DNA of 64,000 bases from an uncultured bacterium (GTDB lineage: Bacteria > Zhuqueibacterota > QNDG01 > DTFT01), in NCBI GenBank assembly GCA_963736115.1, contig CAVTNR010000012.1, forward strand, positions 32,001 through 96,000. Reading direction: 5' to 3'. Under the pieces are notes generated by a model. The model was not told where the DNA came from, did not search any database, and saw nothing but the letters and a program-made list of their open reading frames with translations. How positions within the stretch are numbered: position 1 is the stretch's first letter; each line of letters begins with the position of its first letter. The translations under genes were made by a program, and so were the position numbers. Shown in pieces: positions 1-9,255 of this stretch.

Positions 1-1
1 G

Positions 2-721
2 CGGCATGCCGAAATGCTCCTCGATGCCCGATCCGCCTTCGCCGAGCACACCCGTGGAATGCGCCTCGTCCACCATCAGGTAGGCGCCGTATTCGCGGCA
101 GAGCCGGTGTATGCCGGGCAAATCCGCGATGTCGCCGTCCATGCTGAACACGCCGTCCACGATCACCAGTTTCTTCGGCCGGTCCCGGTTCTCCCGGAGC
201 CGGTGCTCGAGCGAGGCCATGTCGTTGTGCAGATACCGGACGAACTCCGCCTGGGACGACAGGCAGCCGTCGATGACGCTGGCATGGTTCATCTTGTCGC
301 AGATCACGACATCTCCCTTGCGCAGAAGCGTGGAGATGGCGGCCACATTGGCGACGTAACCGGTGGAAAAGGTGACCGCGGCTTCGGTTTTTTTCAGGCT
401 GGCGATTTCCGTTTCGAGCCGGTTGTGCAGATCGAGCGTGCCGGCCAGAAGGCGCGACCCGTGCGTGCCCGTGCCGAACCGGTCAATCGCCTCCTTGGCC
501 GCCCTGCAGATGGCCGGATGCTGATCGAGGCCGAGATAGGAGTAACTTCCCAGCATGATCATGTCCCCGAATCCCTCGACCGTCACGTGTCCGTCGGGCC
601 TGACTTCGGTGACGGGCTGAAGCCAGAAATACAGACCGTTTTTCTTGAATTCCTCGATGGAGAGAAAGGCATCCGGATGGATTCGAGCGATTTCCGTGTT
701 GAGATCTTCGACGAGCGGCAT
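2..721 (-). CDS. PLP-dependent alpha-oxoamine synthase (AONS/serine palmitoyltransferase family), 3' end outside window
   Basis: Not in the ORF track. Manual minus-strand translation from ATG at 721 (AGGAG RBS upstream) gives MPLVEDL...MLGSYSYLGL...FGTGTHGSRLLAGT...DKMNHASVIDG...DGVFSMDGD...VDEAHSTG, the class II aminotransferase motifs. Confidence 0.88.
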   Translation of the reverse strand, partial: MPLVEDLNTEIARIHPDAFLSIEEFKKNGLYFWLQPVTEVRPDGHVTVEGFGDMIMLGSYSYLGLDQHPAICRAAKEAIDRFGTGTHGSRLLAGTLDLHNRLETEIASLKKTEAAVTFSTGYVANVAAISTLLRKGDVVICDKMNHASVIDGCLSSQAEFVRYLHNDMASLEHRLRENRDRPKKLVIVDGVFSMDGDIADLPGIHRLCREYGAYLMVDEAHSTGVLGEGGSGIEEHFGMP

Positions 722-1123
722 GGGGAGTCTCCTTTCCGCGGGCAAGGTGGGGGGATCGGGTGCGAAAGGAAATCTTATTTCTTGCTTCAGTTGCTGCCGG
801 GTGAGCGGCACGGATACGAATTGATCACATGATCAGTAGAATGATAAATAGAATTTTATTCATATGCAAACGAAAAATGACCTTTTCGAAATCAGTTGTT
901 TCGGAATAATCCCAAGTTTGGCGGGATGTGATCGGATAGGATGCCCGCCTTTCCTCCCGGGCCGGAAACACCGGTTTTGGAAACATTTAAACCGTTTTTT
1001 CAGCTTGAAATTGTGATTTTCCTTTATTAACATCCGACATGCCAGGCCCGGCGGCTTTTTCCCTGCTCGTCCGCCGAAGAGCCTTCCTCGACACATCGTC
1101 ACGGGTCACCGTGGGAGGAACCG

Positions 1124-2758
1124 ATGCACGTTCTGTCCGCCCCAGTCGCCGTCATCGCCGGCGTCACGCTGTATGTTGCCTTGCACCACCTGTTCCTTTA
1201 TATCCGGCGGTCCGTCAAGAAACCCGAGGACCTGTCCTTCGCGGTGCTCTGCCTGACCCTTTTCCTGTACGACGCCTTCTGCATCGGAGCCTACAACAAT
1301 CATTCGCTTGAAACAGGAATGCTCTGGCAGCGGTGCCAGGTGGCCACTCTCTCGCTCATCGGGGCCGCCTTCGCGTGGTTCGTGTTCGATTACACCGGAA
1401 CCCGGAACAAGCGCCTGCGCAATTTTTTCTCCGTCTATTTCATCCTGGCCGCTCTGCTGGCCCTGTTCGACAACACCGGTCTCTCCTGGCAGACGGACAA
1501 GCCGGCCGTGAAGCACATCCCCCTTCCCATGGGCCTGGACATCACCTATTACGAAGTCACGCCCGGAATCATGACCACGCTCGTCAGCCTCATGGGCATC
1601 GCGGTTTTCATCTACGCCTTCCGGCTCGGCATCCGGCTCTACCGCCAGAACGAAAAAGGGAAAGCCCGTCCGCTGTTCTGGTCCGTGGCTTTATTTTGCG
1701 TCGGCCTGTGCAATGACGCGGCCGTCCAGTCCGGGCTGTACAAGTCGATCTACCTGATCGAATACACTTACATGGGCATCGTCATCATGATGGCCTATTT
1801 TCTCTCCAAAGAGATCATCCGGAGCGCCGAGATGAAAGAAGCCGTGCAGAAGGCCTATAACCAGCTGGTTGAAACCAGCTACCGCCTGTCCGGCAGTTCC
1901 CAGGATGTGCACTCGGTGACGAGCACCATCGACCAGGCGATGACCGAAATGTTCACCGAAACACAGAGGCAGAACGAACACATCCGGAATTCCCACAGGA
2001 CGATCAGCGACCTTCTCGCCAACATCCACGCGATCAGCCGGGAAGCCCAGCAGGGCGCATCCATCACGCAGAGCACGGCCAGGAGAATCACCGACAGTAT
2101 CGGCTCGCTGAAGGAGTCGTTCGATCGCATGAAAACGGCGGAGCAGTCGCTGACGGACATGCATACGACGATCGAGGCTTTCTCCGGACACTCGAAGAAG
2201 GTGGACGCGATTCTGGGACTCATCGACGATATCGCGTCGCGGATCAACGTCCTTTCACTCAATGTCGCCATCGAAGCATCGAAGGCGGGCGGCCGGGACG
2301 GCGGATCCATGGTCGTGGCGAATGAGATCCGTCAACTGGCCAAGAACACCCGGGCCCACACGGACGAAATCGCGGAATTGATCACGGGATTTCAGGAGGA
2401 CATCGTTCGCGTGCGGACCGCGATGCGGGAGGGGCTGGGGCAGTTTCAGGAGCTCGGCCAGACCACCGAGCGGAGCCGGTCCGGTCTCAACGACATCCTG
2501 CGCCTCACCGAGGAGGAGGAACAGCGGCTGCAGCGGATCTCCACGCGGATTCTGGACCTCCGCGCCTATTCCCAGCAGGTCGAGACCGAAATGGGAACCG
2601 TGGCCCATGCCAGCGAGCAGAACCTCAAGACCGCCGAACGCGTGAACACCGGCACCAAGGCGATGAGCGCCAGCATGCAGGAACTTTCGGTTCTCGCAGA
2701 CACGCTCCGCGAGACCGCCACCGCCGGCATCGGCGGCATGGCCGCGGATTCGGCGTAG
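1124..2758 (+). CDS. Methyl-accepting chemotaxis-like protein with N-terminal ~7-TM (HisKA_7TM-like) sensor
   Basis: Multiple hydrophobic helices in aa 1-230, then coiled coil with IASRINVLSLNVAIEASKAG...VVANEIRQLA; GGGAGG RBS upstream. Confidence 0.8.
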   Translation: MHVLSAPVAVIAGVTLYVALHHLFLYIRRSVKKPEDLSFAVLCLTLFLYDAFCIGAYNNHSLETGMLWQRCQVATLSLIGAAFAWFVFDYTGTRNKRLRNFFSVYFILAALLALFDNTGLSWQTDKPAVKHIPLPMGLDITYYEVTPGIMTTLVSLMGIAVFIYAFRLGIRLYRQNEKGKARPLFWSVALFCVGLCNDAAVQSGLYKSIYLIEYTYMGIVIMMAYFLSKEIIRSAEMKEAVQKAYNQLVETSYRLSGSSQDVHSVTSTIDQAMTEMFTETQRQNEHIRNSHRTISDLLANIHAISREAQQGASITQSTARRITDSIGSLKESFDRMKTAEQSLTDMHTTIEAFSGHSKKVDAILGLIDDIASRINVLSLNVAIEASKAGGRDGGSMVVANEIRQLAKNTRAHTDEIAELITGFQEDIVRVRTAMREGLGQFQELGQTTERSRSGLNDILRLTEEEEQRLQRISTRILDLRAYSQQVETEMGTVAHASEQNLKTAERVNTGTKAMSASMQELSVLADTLRETATAGIGGMAADSA

Positions 2759-2785
2759 TCCGGGCGCCGCTCAATCGGAAAGTCC

Positions 2786-2822
2786 GGCCCCGGGGTTCTT
2801 CGGCCCCGGGGCCATTTTTTTT
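2786..2822 (+). terminator. Intrinsic terminator after MCP gene
   Basis: GGCCCCGGGG/CCCCGGGGCC stem followed by T8. Confidence 0.8.
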
Positions 2823-2917
2823 GCCCTTCGGTTCCGAGCATAGAATTAGAAACCCCATTTTTCCGGAAATCAATTATCCTTCTTCAGCCAACCCCGGGAT
2901 CAAACCGTAAAAACCCC

Positions 2918-2960
2918 TTGACCGGCGGTCCCTGAATTACTATCTTATTGGCATATGCCA
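2918..2960 (+). promoter_or_regulatory. Sigma70-type promoter with palindromic operator
   Basis: TTGACC-17 bp-TATCTT, immediately followed by the perfect palindrome TGGCATATGCCA (2949-2960). Confidence 0.65.
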
Positions 2961-2979
2961 GAAACAGGAATGCCGGCGG

Positions 2980-3453
2980 ATGCCGAGACCGTGTAAACCG
3001 CGCCGGATCGGGGTTTTCCCCCGGATCACGGCCTTCCGTCCGGCCGACATCAGACCGGCGGACGGTGACGATTTCGTCCGACTCACGCTGGACGAATATG
3101 AGGCGCTGCGGCTGGCCGACCACCTGCATCTGTATCAGGAAGAAGCCGCCAGGCGCATGACCGTGTCCCGGCAGACCTTTGGATCCATCATCGCAAGCGC
3201 CCGCGGCAAGACGGCCGAGGCCCTGGTCCTGGGTAAAACCCTACGAATTGACCAGGGCGCCGCTGAAAGAGACAAGTGCCAGTTCCTCTGTTCCGACTGC
3301 GGGTCCGTCTGGAGTTCGGCATCCAGGGGAAAAGCATCATCCGGCTGTCCCGAATGCCGGGCCAGCCGGATGCAGCGGCACTCCCGAACCCAACAGGCCG
3401 GAGAGCGGCGGTGCCACCGTCGTTCCGGCGCATGCAGGAGGAAAACCGTATGA
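2980..3453 (+). CDS. DUF134 family HTH protein with C-terminal zinc ribbon
   Basis: MPRPCKPRRI...LTLDEYEALRLAD...QEEAARRMTVSRQTF...AEALVLGK; CxxC...CxxC tail. Confidence 0.85.
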   Translation: MPRPCKPRRIGVFPRITAFRPADIRPADGDDFVRLTLDEYEALRLADHLHLYQEEAARRMTVSRQTFGSIIASARGKTAEALVLGKTLRIDQGAAERDKCQFLCSDCGSVWSSASRGKASSGCPECRASRMQRHSRTQQAGERRCHRRSGACRRKTV

Positions 3454-3815
3454 CCATTACCATCCCCGTCACCGAGGACTCGGGCCTGTCCTCAAAAATA
3501 TCCGATCACTTCGGAAGCGCCCCGTTCTTCACAGTGGTCGACCTGGAATCGAACGCGGTCGCGTGCGTCCGCAATCCGAACGCGGAGCACGTTCACGGCC
3601 GTTGCATGCCGGTGGATTTTCTCATGGAAAAAGGGGTGAATGCCGTCGTGTGCCGGGGCATGGGTCGCGGAGCACTGTCCCGCCTGACCGAAGCGGGCAT
3701 TGCCTGTCACGTGACGGACGCCGAAACGGGTGAAAAAGCCCTGGAACTGTTCCGCTCCGGCCGCACCGCGGTCATGACCGGGGACTCGGCGTGCCACAGC
3801 CACGGATGCCACTAA
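3450..3815 (+). CDS. NifB/NifX (dinitrogenase FeMo-cofactor) family protein
   Basis: ISDHFGSAPFF...GVNAVVCRGMGRGA; His/Cys-rich tail; ATGA overlap with the DUF134 stop. Confidence 0.85.
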   Translation: MTITIPVTEDSGLSSKISDHFGSAPFFTVVDLESNAVACVRNPNAEHVHGRCMPVDFLMEKGVNAVVCRGMGRGALSRLTEAGIACHVTDAETGEKALELFRSGRTAVMTGDSACHSHGCH

Positions 3816-3985
3816 ATGACTCCACCGCAATAGGCGGATCATTTGAAGAAAATTGGATGAAGGGCGCCGCCCGTCCCGCTTCGCGGGATCGATCAACAGA
3901 TGCGGATTTTTGAAGACTTCGCGGGATCAGGCTATTTTACTTTTAAAGTATTGAAGACAAGAAGTGGAAAATCAGACCCGGCGGA

Positions 3986-4054
3986 GCTGTCAGAAGCCCG
4001 CATCAACCGACTTTCAGGTGAAAGTTCTTAGATGGAAAGCGGGCTTCTGACAGC
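3986..4054. repeat. 16-bp perfect inverted repeat (MITE/IS-end-like hairpin)
   Basis: GCTGTCAGAAGCCCGC (3986-4001) and GCGGGCTTCTGACAGC (4039-4054), with an inner hairpin ACTTTC-aggt-GAAAGT. Confidence 0.65.
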
Positions 4055-4098
4055 CCGATTGAGGCGTCTTTAGAATCCGGAATTTATTCAGGCATGAT

Positions 4099-4132
4099 AA
4101 AAAAGGCTGGAGCCTCGGGGCTCCAGCCTTTT
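4099..4132. terminator. Bidirectional intrinsic terminator
   Basis: AAAAGGCTGGAGCC...GGCTCCAGCCTTTT between convergent genes. Confidence 0.8.
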
Positions 4133-4188
4133 GATTTCATAGTCCGGACGAACCGGGCGGCCGCGGCCGCCGGCCGGGCGAGACCTTT

Positions 4189-5556
4189 CTACATGTCGAA
4201 CGGGAACCGGAAGGCCACCCGCGGCTGAATCCGCTCCTGCGGCTGATAGGCCTGCCGTTCGTTGTTCCACACGAAATTCCAGATATAATCCATGTACAGC
4301 ATCAGGTACGGTTTCATCTTATATCCCACTCCCACCCGTGCCACGCTCCTCGCATCCAGCGTTCGGATGTCCTTGAACGTGCCGATGCCCCGCTTGTCGT
4401 AAGCAGCTTCCAGAGACAGAACCGGGATGGTCGGGGACAGGCCGGCGCCGAGGTGCAGTGTGCCGCTGTTGCCGTACTTGTCCACTTTCTCGAACGACCC
4501 GACCGTGTGGATCAGCTTGAAGAAATTGAGGTCCAGCGCGCCGTACCAGGCGTTGCGCGACTCGGTCATCATGGAGAGCAGGTTGTTCTGGCTGATCAGA
4601 GTGTCGGACGGCGCCGCGGCCAGGCCTGCCGGTATCCCCGCGGGGTTGCCGCCGATGAGCGAAAAATAATCCTGCACTTCGTTCAGCGTGGTATGCCGGA
4701 GCATTTCGTAGAACGGCCCGAAATAGGGCGCGATGAATTCCTTGCCCATGAACCGCCGCTCCACGTTGAAGGACAGGCCCAGGAATCCCCACAGCGTGTT
4801 CAGGTCGGTCCTCAGCCCCAGCGTCTGGCCGGATCCGTAATCAACGATCTGGCCGTGGTCCGCATAAACCATGGTGGTCAGCGCCTGGGACTTCAAGAGC
4901 GGCAGTTCCACGTCCGCGCCCCACACCGAGACGCCGTCTTTGGTGGAACGGCGGCTGTCCGGATCGGTGTCCCGGGCCATGCTGGCGCCGAAAGCGAGGC
5001 GCTTGAGAATCGGAATCTCACTGTTCCAGAGAGGACGGACATACAGCCGGCCTCCGACCACGCCGAGCCGCTCGAGGCTGTTGGTCATCGATTCGAATCC
5101 CGCGACCCCCAGATCGAGATCGAACGAGAGTCCGGTTTTCCGGTCTTCGTAGGCAATCTGGTTGTTGTAGAAGTTGAGAAGGAAGCCGTGACCGATCCGC
5201 TCCACGTCCAGCGCGCCGACCCGGCCGTACACCGGATCGCCCTTGCGCCCGTACCGGGCGTAGCGGATGATCCTGAGCCAGTCCGTCTTGCCCGTACGCC
5301 GGTTTTCCCAGTCCTGGGAATAGAATCTGCCGTTGGAGGTGTTGTACAGCAGGTTCACGTTGAGCCCGATGCCGAACTTGCCGAGCGCGATGTCGGGCTG
5401 TAAATTGATGCTGTAAAAAGCCTGGTTGTCGATCCATGTCATGCCGACACCGCCGTCGAACGAACTCTGGTTGTCGGTCGGCGGAAAGGCCATGTACTGG
5501 CCCGCCGCGAACGCCGGCAGGAGCATCAGCAGAAGAAACTGCGCGCATTTTTTCAT
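4189..5556 (-). CDS. Hypothetical outer-membrane beta-barrel protein
   Basis: Signal peptide MKKCAQFLLLMLLPAFAAG, alternating beta-strand pattern, aromatic C-terminus; AAGGAGG RBS. Confidence 0.6.
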   Translation of the reverse strand: MKKCAQFLLLMLLPAFAAGQYMAFPPTDNQSSFDGGVGMTWIDNQAFYSINLQPDIALGKFGIGLNVNLLYNTSNGRFYSQDWENRRTGKTDWLRIIRYARYGRKGDPVYGRVGALDVERIGHGFLLNFYNNQIAYEDRKTGLSFDLDLGVAGFESMTNSLERLGVVGGRLYVRPLWNSEIPILKRLAFGASMARDTDPDSRRSTKDGVSVWGADVELPLLKSQALTTMVYADHGQIVDYGSGQTLGLRTDLNTLWGFLGLSFNVERRFMGKEFIAPYFGPFYEMLRHTTLNEVQDYFSLIGGNPAGIPAGLAAAPSDTLISQNNLLSMMTESRNAWYGALDLNFFKLIHTVGSFEKVDKYGNSGTLHLGAGLSPTIPVLSLEAAYDKRGIGTFKDIRTLDARSVARVGVGYKMKPYLMLYMDYIWNFVWNNERQAYQPQERIQPRVAFRFPFDM

Positions 5557-5620
5557 GAGCAATCCTCCTTACGGTTCGACGCGGGGAATCCGTCCCGTCG
5601 CGGGCAACGCTGAAAGTGTA

Positions 5621-6658
5621 CTAAAAATCGGGAGACTTGTCAAGCGAATAGTGCCCCGCCTCCGGTCCGTCCGGACGCGATGCAGGCCGCGGCTCGCCCG
5701 CGCGGTCGCGGAAGGCCTCGAGCCTGGTCCGGACGTCCTCCGGGTCGGTCCGTGTGAACGCCTCCTTCCGGAATTCGGCGGCCCCTGGCATGCCCCGGGT
5801 GTACCAGGCGATGTGCTTCCGCATTTCCCTGACTGCTTTGACTTCGGGGAGAAGCCGGAGCGCGGTACGGTAATGTTCCAGGCAGGCATCGATCCGGTCG
5901 CGGAAAGGCGGATCCTCAGCGGGCCGTCCCGTCTCCACGAGCGTCCGGACGGCCGAGAAGATCCACGGCCGGCCGAGTGCGCCGCGGCCGATCATCACCA
6001 GGTCGCAGCCGGTCTCGGTGAGCATGCGAAGGGCGTCCCCGGCCGAACCAATGTCCCCGTTGCCGATCACCGGGATCGAGACCGACTCCCGGACGGCCCG
6101 GATCACCGACCAGTCGGCCGTTCCACGGAACGCGGCCTGTCCGCTGCGGGCATGCAGGGTCACAGTCCGGATGCCGCAGGATTCGAGGATCTTTGCCGCT
6201 TCCACGGCGACCGGCTTCCCCTCCTCCCACCCGGTCCGAATCTTGGCGGACACGGGAAGTCGGACCGCCCGGACCACACCCTCAGCGATGCGCCCCATCC
6301 GGTCGAGATCGGTCATGACACCGACCCCGGCCCCACGGCGCACCACCTTCCGGGCCGGACAGCCGAAATTGAGGTCCAGGCAGTCGGGCTTGAGAGCTTC
6401 GGCTATCACCGCGGCCTCAGCCAGAACCGCAGGATCATGGCCGAACAGCTGAATCCCGAACGGTCGCTCTTCAGGGAGGAATTCCATGAGTCTGCGGGTT
6501 TTCCCGCTGTTTCGGACCAGGCCGTCCGCACTGACCAGTTCGGAAAACACCATGCCCGCGCCGCAGGCCCTGGCCATCAAACGGAATGAAGAGTCCGTGA
6601 TTCCGGCCATGGGCGCGAGCACTGCTTTCTCGGAAATATCCAAGTCGAAGATTCGCAT
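5621..6658 (-). CDS. dusB: tRNA-dihydrouridine synthase
   Basis: LAPMAGITD, DLNFGCP, KIRTGW, LHAR, IGNGDI, VMIGRGALGRPW. Confidence 0.92.
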   Translation of the reverse strand: MRIFDLDISEKAVLAPMAGITDSSFRLMARACGAGMVFSELVSADGLVRNSGKTRRLMEFLPEERPFGIQLFGHDPAVLAEAAVIAEALKPDCLDLNFGCPARKVVRRGAGVGVMTDLDRMGRIAEGVVRAVRLPVSAKIRTGWEEGKPVAVEAAKILESCGIRTVTLHARSGQAAFRGTADWSVIRAVRESVSIPVIGNGDIGSAGDALRMLTETGCDLVMIGRGALGRPWIFSAVRTLVETGRPAEDPPFRDRIDACLEHYRTALRLLPEVKAVREMRKHIAWYTRGMPGAAEFRKEAFTRTDPEDVRTRLEAFRDRAGEPRPASRPDGPEAGHYSLDKSPDF

Positions 6659-6780
6659 TCGACCGGTAATTTAGGCTTTCCAGCCTTGATAAACAAGGAC
6701 TTTCAGGCCTTTTCAAGCAGTACCGGAAAGGACCTTTGGACCCAAAAGCACGAAAAATAAAGCAATTATCTATAAAAGTG

Positions 6781-6809
6781 TTGCTTTTTTCCTCCGATTT
6801 TTGTATAAT
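6781..6809 (+). promoter_or_regulatory. Sigma70 promoter of rpmB
   Basis: TTGCTT-17 bp-TATAAT upstream of rpmB. Confidence 0.7.
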
Positions 6810-6867
6810 TTAGTTCGTTTTTCCGTTGTCACACTCGAACCTAGTCCATTAATGAGCAGGGGAATTT

Positions 6868-7056
6868 ATGTCACGCGTCTGTGAAATCTGCGGTAAAAAA
6901 CCCATGGCCGGACACCGGGTCAGCCACGCCCATAACCTGAAAAACCGCCGTTGGCTTCCCAATCTGCAGACGATCAACGTCCGTGTGGACGGAAAACCGA
7001 TGAAAAAGGTGGTCTGCACCGGCTGCATCCGAACCGGATCCGTCAAGAAGAAGTAA
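6868..7056 (+). CDS. rpmB: 50S ribosomal protein L28
   Basis: [34 protein letters not shown]...VCTGCIR. Confidence 0.97.
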   Translation: MSRVCEICGKKPMAGHRVSHAHNLKNRRWLPNLQTINVRVDGKPMKKVVCTGCIRTGSVKKK

Positions 7057-7162
7057 CGCCCGCAGGAGAGGACTCCGGCCTCTCCGAGGAATCCCGCCTC
7101 TTCACTTCCGCCGCATGCGTCCTTTCTTCGGACCCAGATCGATCCAACTCACGGAGGCTTCC

Positions 7163-8650
7163 ATGAACCGAAAAGCGATTGCCGCGTTTTCGACAGGGAT
7201 TCTTCTGTTCCTCGGACAGACGGATCTCCCGGCCCAGAACGTCCAATCAGAACTGTTCCGCGAAGCGGAAACGGCCAAAGCCGAGGCAACCGGTCTCGAT
7301 GCCGCCTTCCTGTCCCCCGGCCATTTCCAGACGGCCGCAGACTGGATGCGCAAGGCTGAAGCGGATTTCCAGACCGGAAAAAACATGGAGGATATTCAGA
7401 AGAAGCTGAAAATGGCCTCCGTGTACTGGCAGAAGTCGTCTGCGTCCGCGGCAGAGGCCCGGGTGATCTTTAAAGACGGTCTCAAGGCGAGAAGCGACGC
7501 CCGACTTGTCGAAGCGCCCGCGCTGCGGAAGACCCTCTGGGAGGAGGCGGAAACCACGCTGTCCCAGGCCTGCCGGAGCCTGGAGGAAGGCGATGCGAAC
7601 GGTGCCAGGAACAAGTCGCGCAAGGCCGAGCGCGCTTTTCGCCAGGCCGAGCTTGAGGCGATCAAGGCGAATTACCTGGATGCCACGCGCGAACTTCTGA
7701 AAAAAGCCGAGGCCAAGGATGTCCGGAAACGCGCGCCCCTGACCCTGGCCAGAGCCGCCGCGCTCGCGGACAAAGCCGAATCGCAGCTCATCGAAAACCG
7801 GTACGACACCGACGAGGCGCGCCAGCTCGCGCAGGAAGCGCACTACGAGGCAAAGCACGCCCTGTATCTGAACGACACCATTCTCAGCCTGGAGAAATCA
7901 AAGGCCACGGTGGAATCCATCCTGCTGGCCGCCGAAATCCCGGTTCGCAGGATCGCGGACGCCTTCGACCAGAACGCGCGTTTCGACGCCGGGTCCGGAG
8001 CGCCGGTGGCCGCCATATCGGGCGAGATCCGGAAACGGGAGCAGACCGCGGCGTCCCGTGAACAGGCCCTTGCGGAGAAAGCCGAGCAGATCGCCGCTTT
8101 ACAGAGCGAGACGGACCGTATGCGGAGCCGGCTCGGCGCCCTGCAGGACCGGGAAGCCGACCTCACGGAGAAAATGAGCCGGCTGCTCGAGGAACAGGCC
8201 GCGGCGCGCGAACGCCTGGAACGAGTGGAGAAGCTGTTCACGTCCGACGAAGCGACGATCATGCGGAGCGGGGACCAGGTCATCCTGCGGTTGACCCACA
8301 TCACATTCCCGGTCGGCAAGTCCGTCATTGAACCCGGATATTTCAGCCTGCTGACCAAGGTCACCGAGGCGTTCAGGGAATATCCGGATTCGCGGATTAC
8401 AGTCGAGGGCCACACGGATTCACGCGGCGGGGACGAAGCAAATCTCAAGCTGTCCACGGAGCGCGCCGAGGCCGTGCGGGAATACCTGCTCGCCACCGGT
8501 TCCGTGGACGCCTCCCGGCTGTTCGCGGCCGGATACGGGGAATCCAAACCCATCGCATCGAACGACACGGAGGAAGGCCGCAGGAAAAACCGCCGCATCG
8601 ACATCGTCATTGAAACCGGACACGGCCCCGACGGGGAAACCGCGCCATGA
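7163..8650 (+). CDS. OmpA-family peptidoglycan-binding protein with long helical N-terminus
   Basis: C-terminal VEGHTDSRG...NLKLSTERAEAV...GYGESKPIASN...GRRKNRRIDI; signal peptide after GGAGG RBS. Confidence 0.88.
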   Translation: MNRKAIAAFSTGILLFLGQTDLPAQNVQSELFREAETAKAEATGLDAAFLSPGHFQTAADWMRKAEADFQTGKNMEDIQKKLKMASVYWQKSSASAAEARVIFKDGLKARSDARLVEAPALRKTLWEEAETTLSQACRSLEEGDANGARNKSRKAERAFRQAELEAIKANYLDATRELLKKAEAKDVRKRAPLTLARAAALADKAESQLIENRYDTDEARQLAQEAHYEAKHALYLNDTILSLEKSKATVESILLAAEIPVRRIADAFDQNARFDAGSGAPVAAISGEIRKREQTAASREQALAEKAEQIAALQSETDRMRSRLGALQDREADLTEKMSRLLEEQAAARERLERVEKLFTSDEATIMRSGDQVILRLTHITFPVGKSVIEPGYFSLLTKVTEAFREYPDSRITVEGHTDSRGGDEANLKLSTERAEAVREYLLATGSVDASRLFAAGYGESKPIASNDTEEGRRKNRRIDIVIETGHGPDGETAP

Positions 8651-8913
8651 AAAAACCGGGGCATGTCATTGTCGGCATACACATTCGCGACCGGATCCGG
8701 AAGGTTCCGGATATGCAGAAAATTCTGTCGAAACACGGCTGCGTCATCAAGACGCGCATCGGCCTGCATGAAGTTTCTGAAAAATTCTGCGATCCGGCAG
8801 GCCTCATATTACTCGAATTGGCCGGAGAACGGAAAGTCATGGATGCGTTCATCAAGGAAGTGTCCGGACTCAAGGGCGTGGATGTCAAAAAGATGACGTT
8901 TCCGCACAGCTGA
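8647..8913 (+). CDS. Small ACT-like/NikR-C-like protein (TM1266-related family)
   Basis: QKILSKHGCVIKTRIGLHE...GLILLEL; ATGA overlap with the OmpA gene stop. Confidence 0.55.
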   Translation: MKKPGHVIVGIHIRDRIRKVPDMQKILSKHGCVIKTRIGLHEVSEKFCDPAGLILLELAGERKVMDAFIKEVSGLKGVDVKKMTFPHS

Positions 8914-8979
8914 CTCTGATCGCTCGCGCATTTCCCGCTGCGCGGGACAGGCGGCTGATCCATGTGATCTGTGAGGGGT

Positions 8980-9022
8980 GAAAAGGGGACGACGGCTGAA
9001 GCCGCCTGTCCCCTTTTCTTTT
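8980..9022 (+). terminator. Intrinsic terminator
   Basis: AAAAGGGGAC...GTCCCCTTTTCTTTT. Confidence 0.7.
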
Positions 9023-9255
9023 ACGATCCTGGAAATGGGACGGTTTATTCTCAGCTTTCAACTCTTTGCCCTTTGCGTTTTACGCCATGGGTTTTTCAAC
9101 CCGGTCTCCTGACGCCATACCGCCGCCTTTCTCCCCGGCACTCGAATTGCAGCCTTTTTCCGGTATCGATCTGATTCCCATAAATACATGATTTTCAATC
9201 AGGATCGGCGGTTTCCAACACCCGGAAACGTCCATTTTTTCCCAGGAGGTCAGGC

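Noticed and set aside
14-832. 272-aa plus-strand ORF
   Set aside because: Antisense shadow of the minus-strand PLP enzyme, which has clear motifs and an RBS.
2980-3815. Nitrogen fixation inferred from the NifX-like gene (and the NifU-like gene at 19196)
   Set aside because: Both families are widespread in non-diazotrophs, and no nifHDK is in the window.
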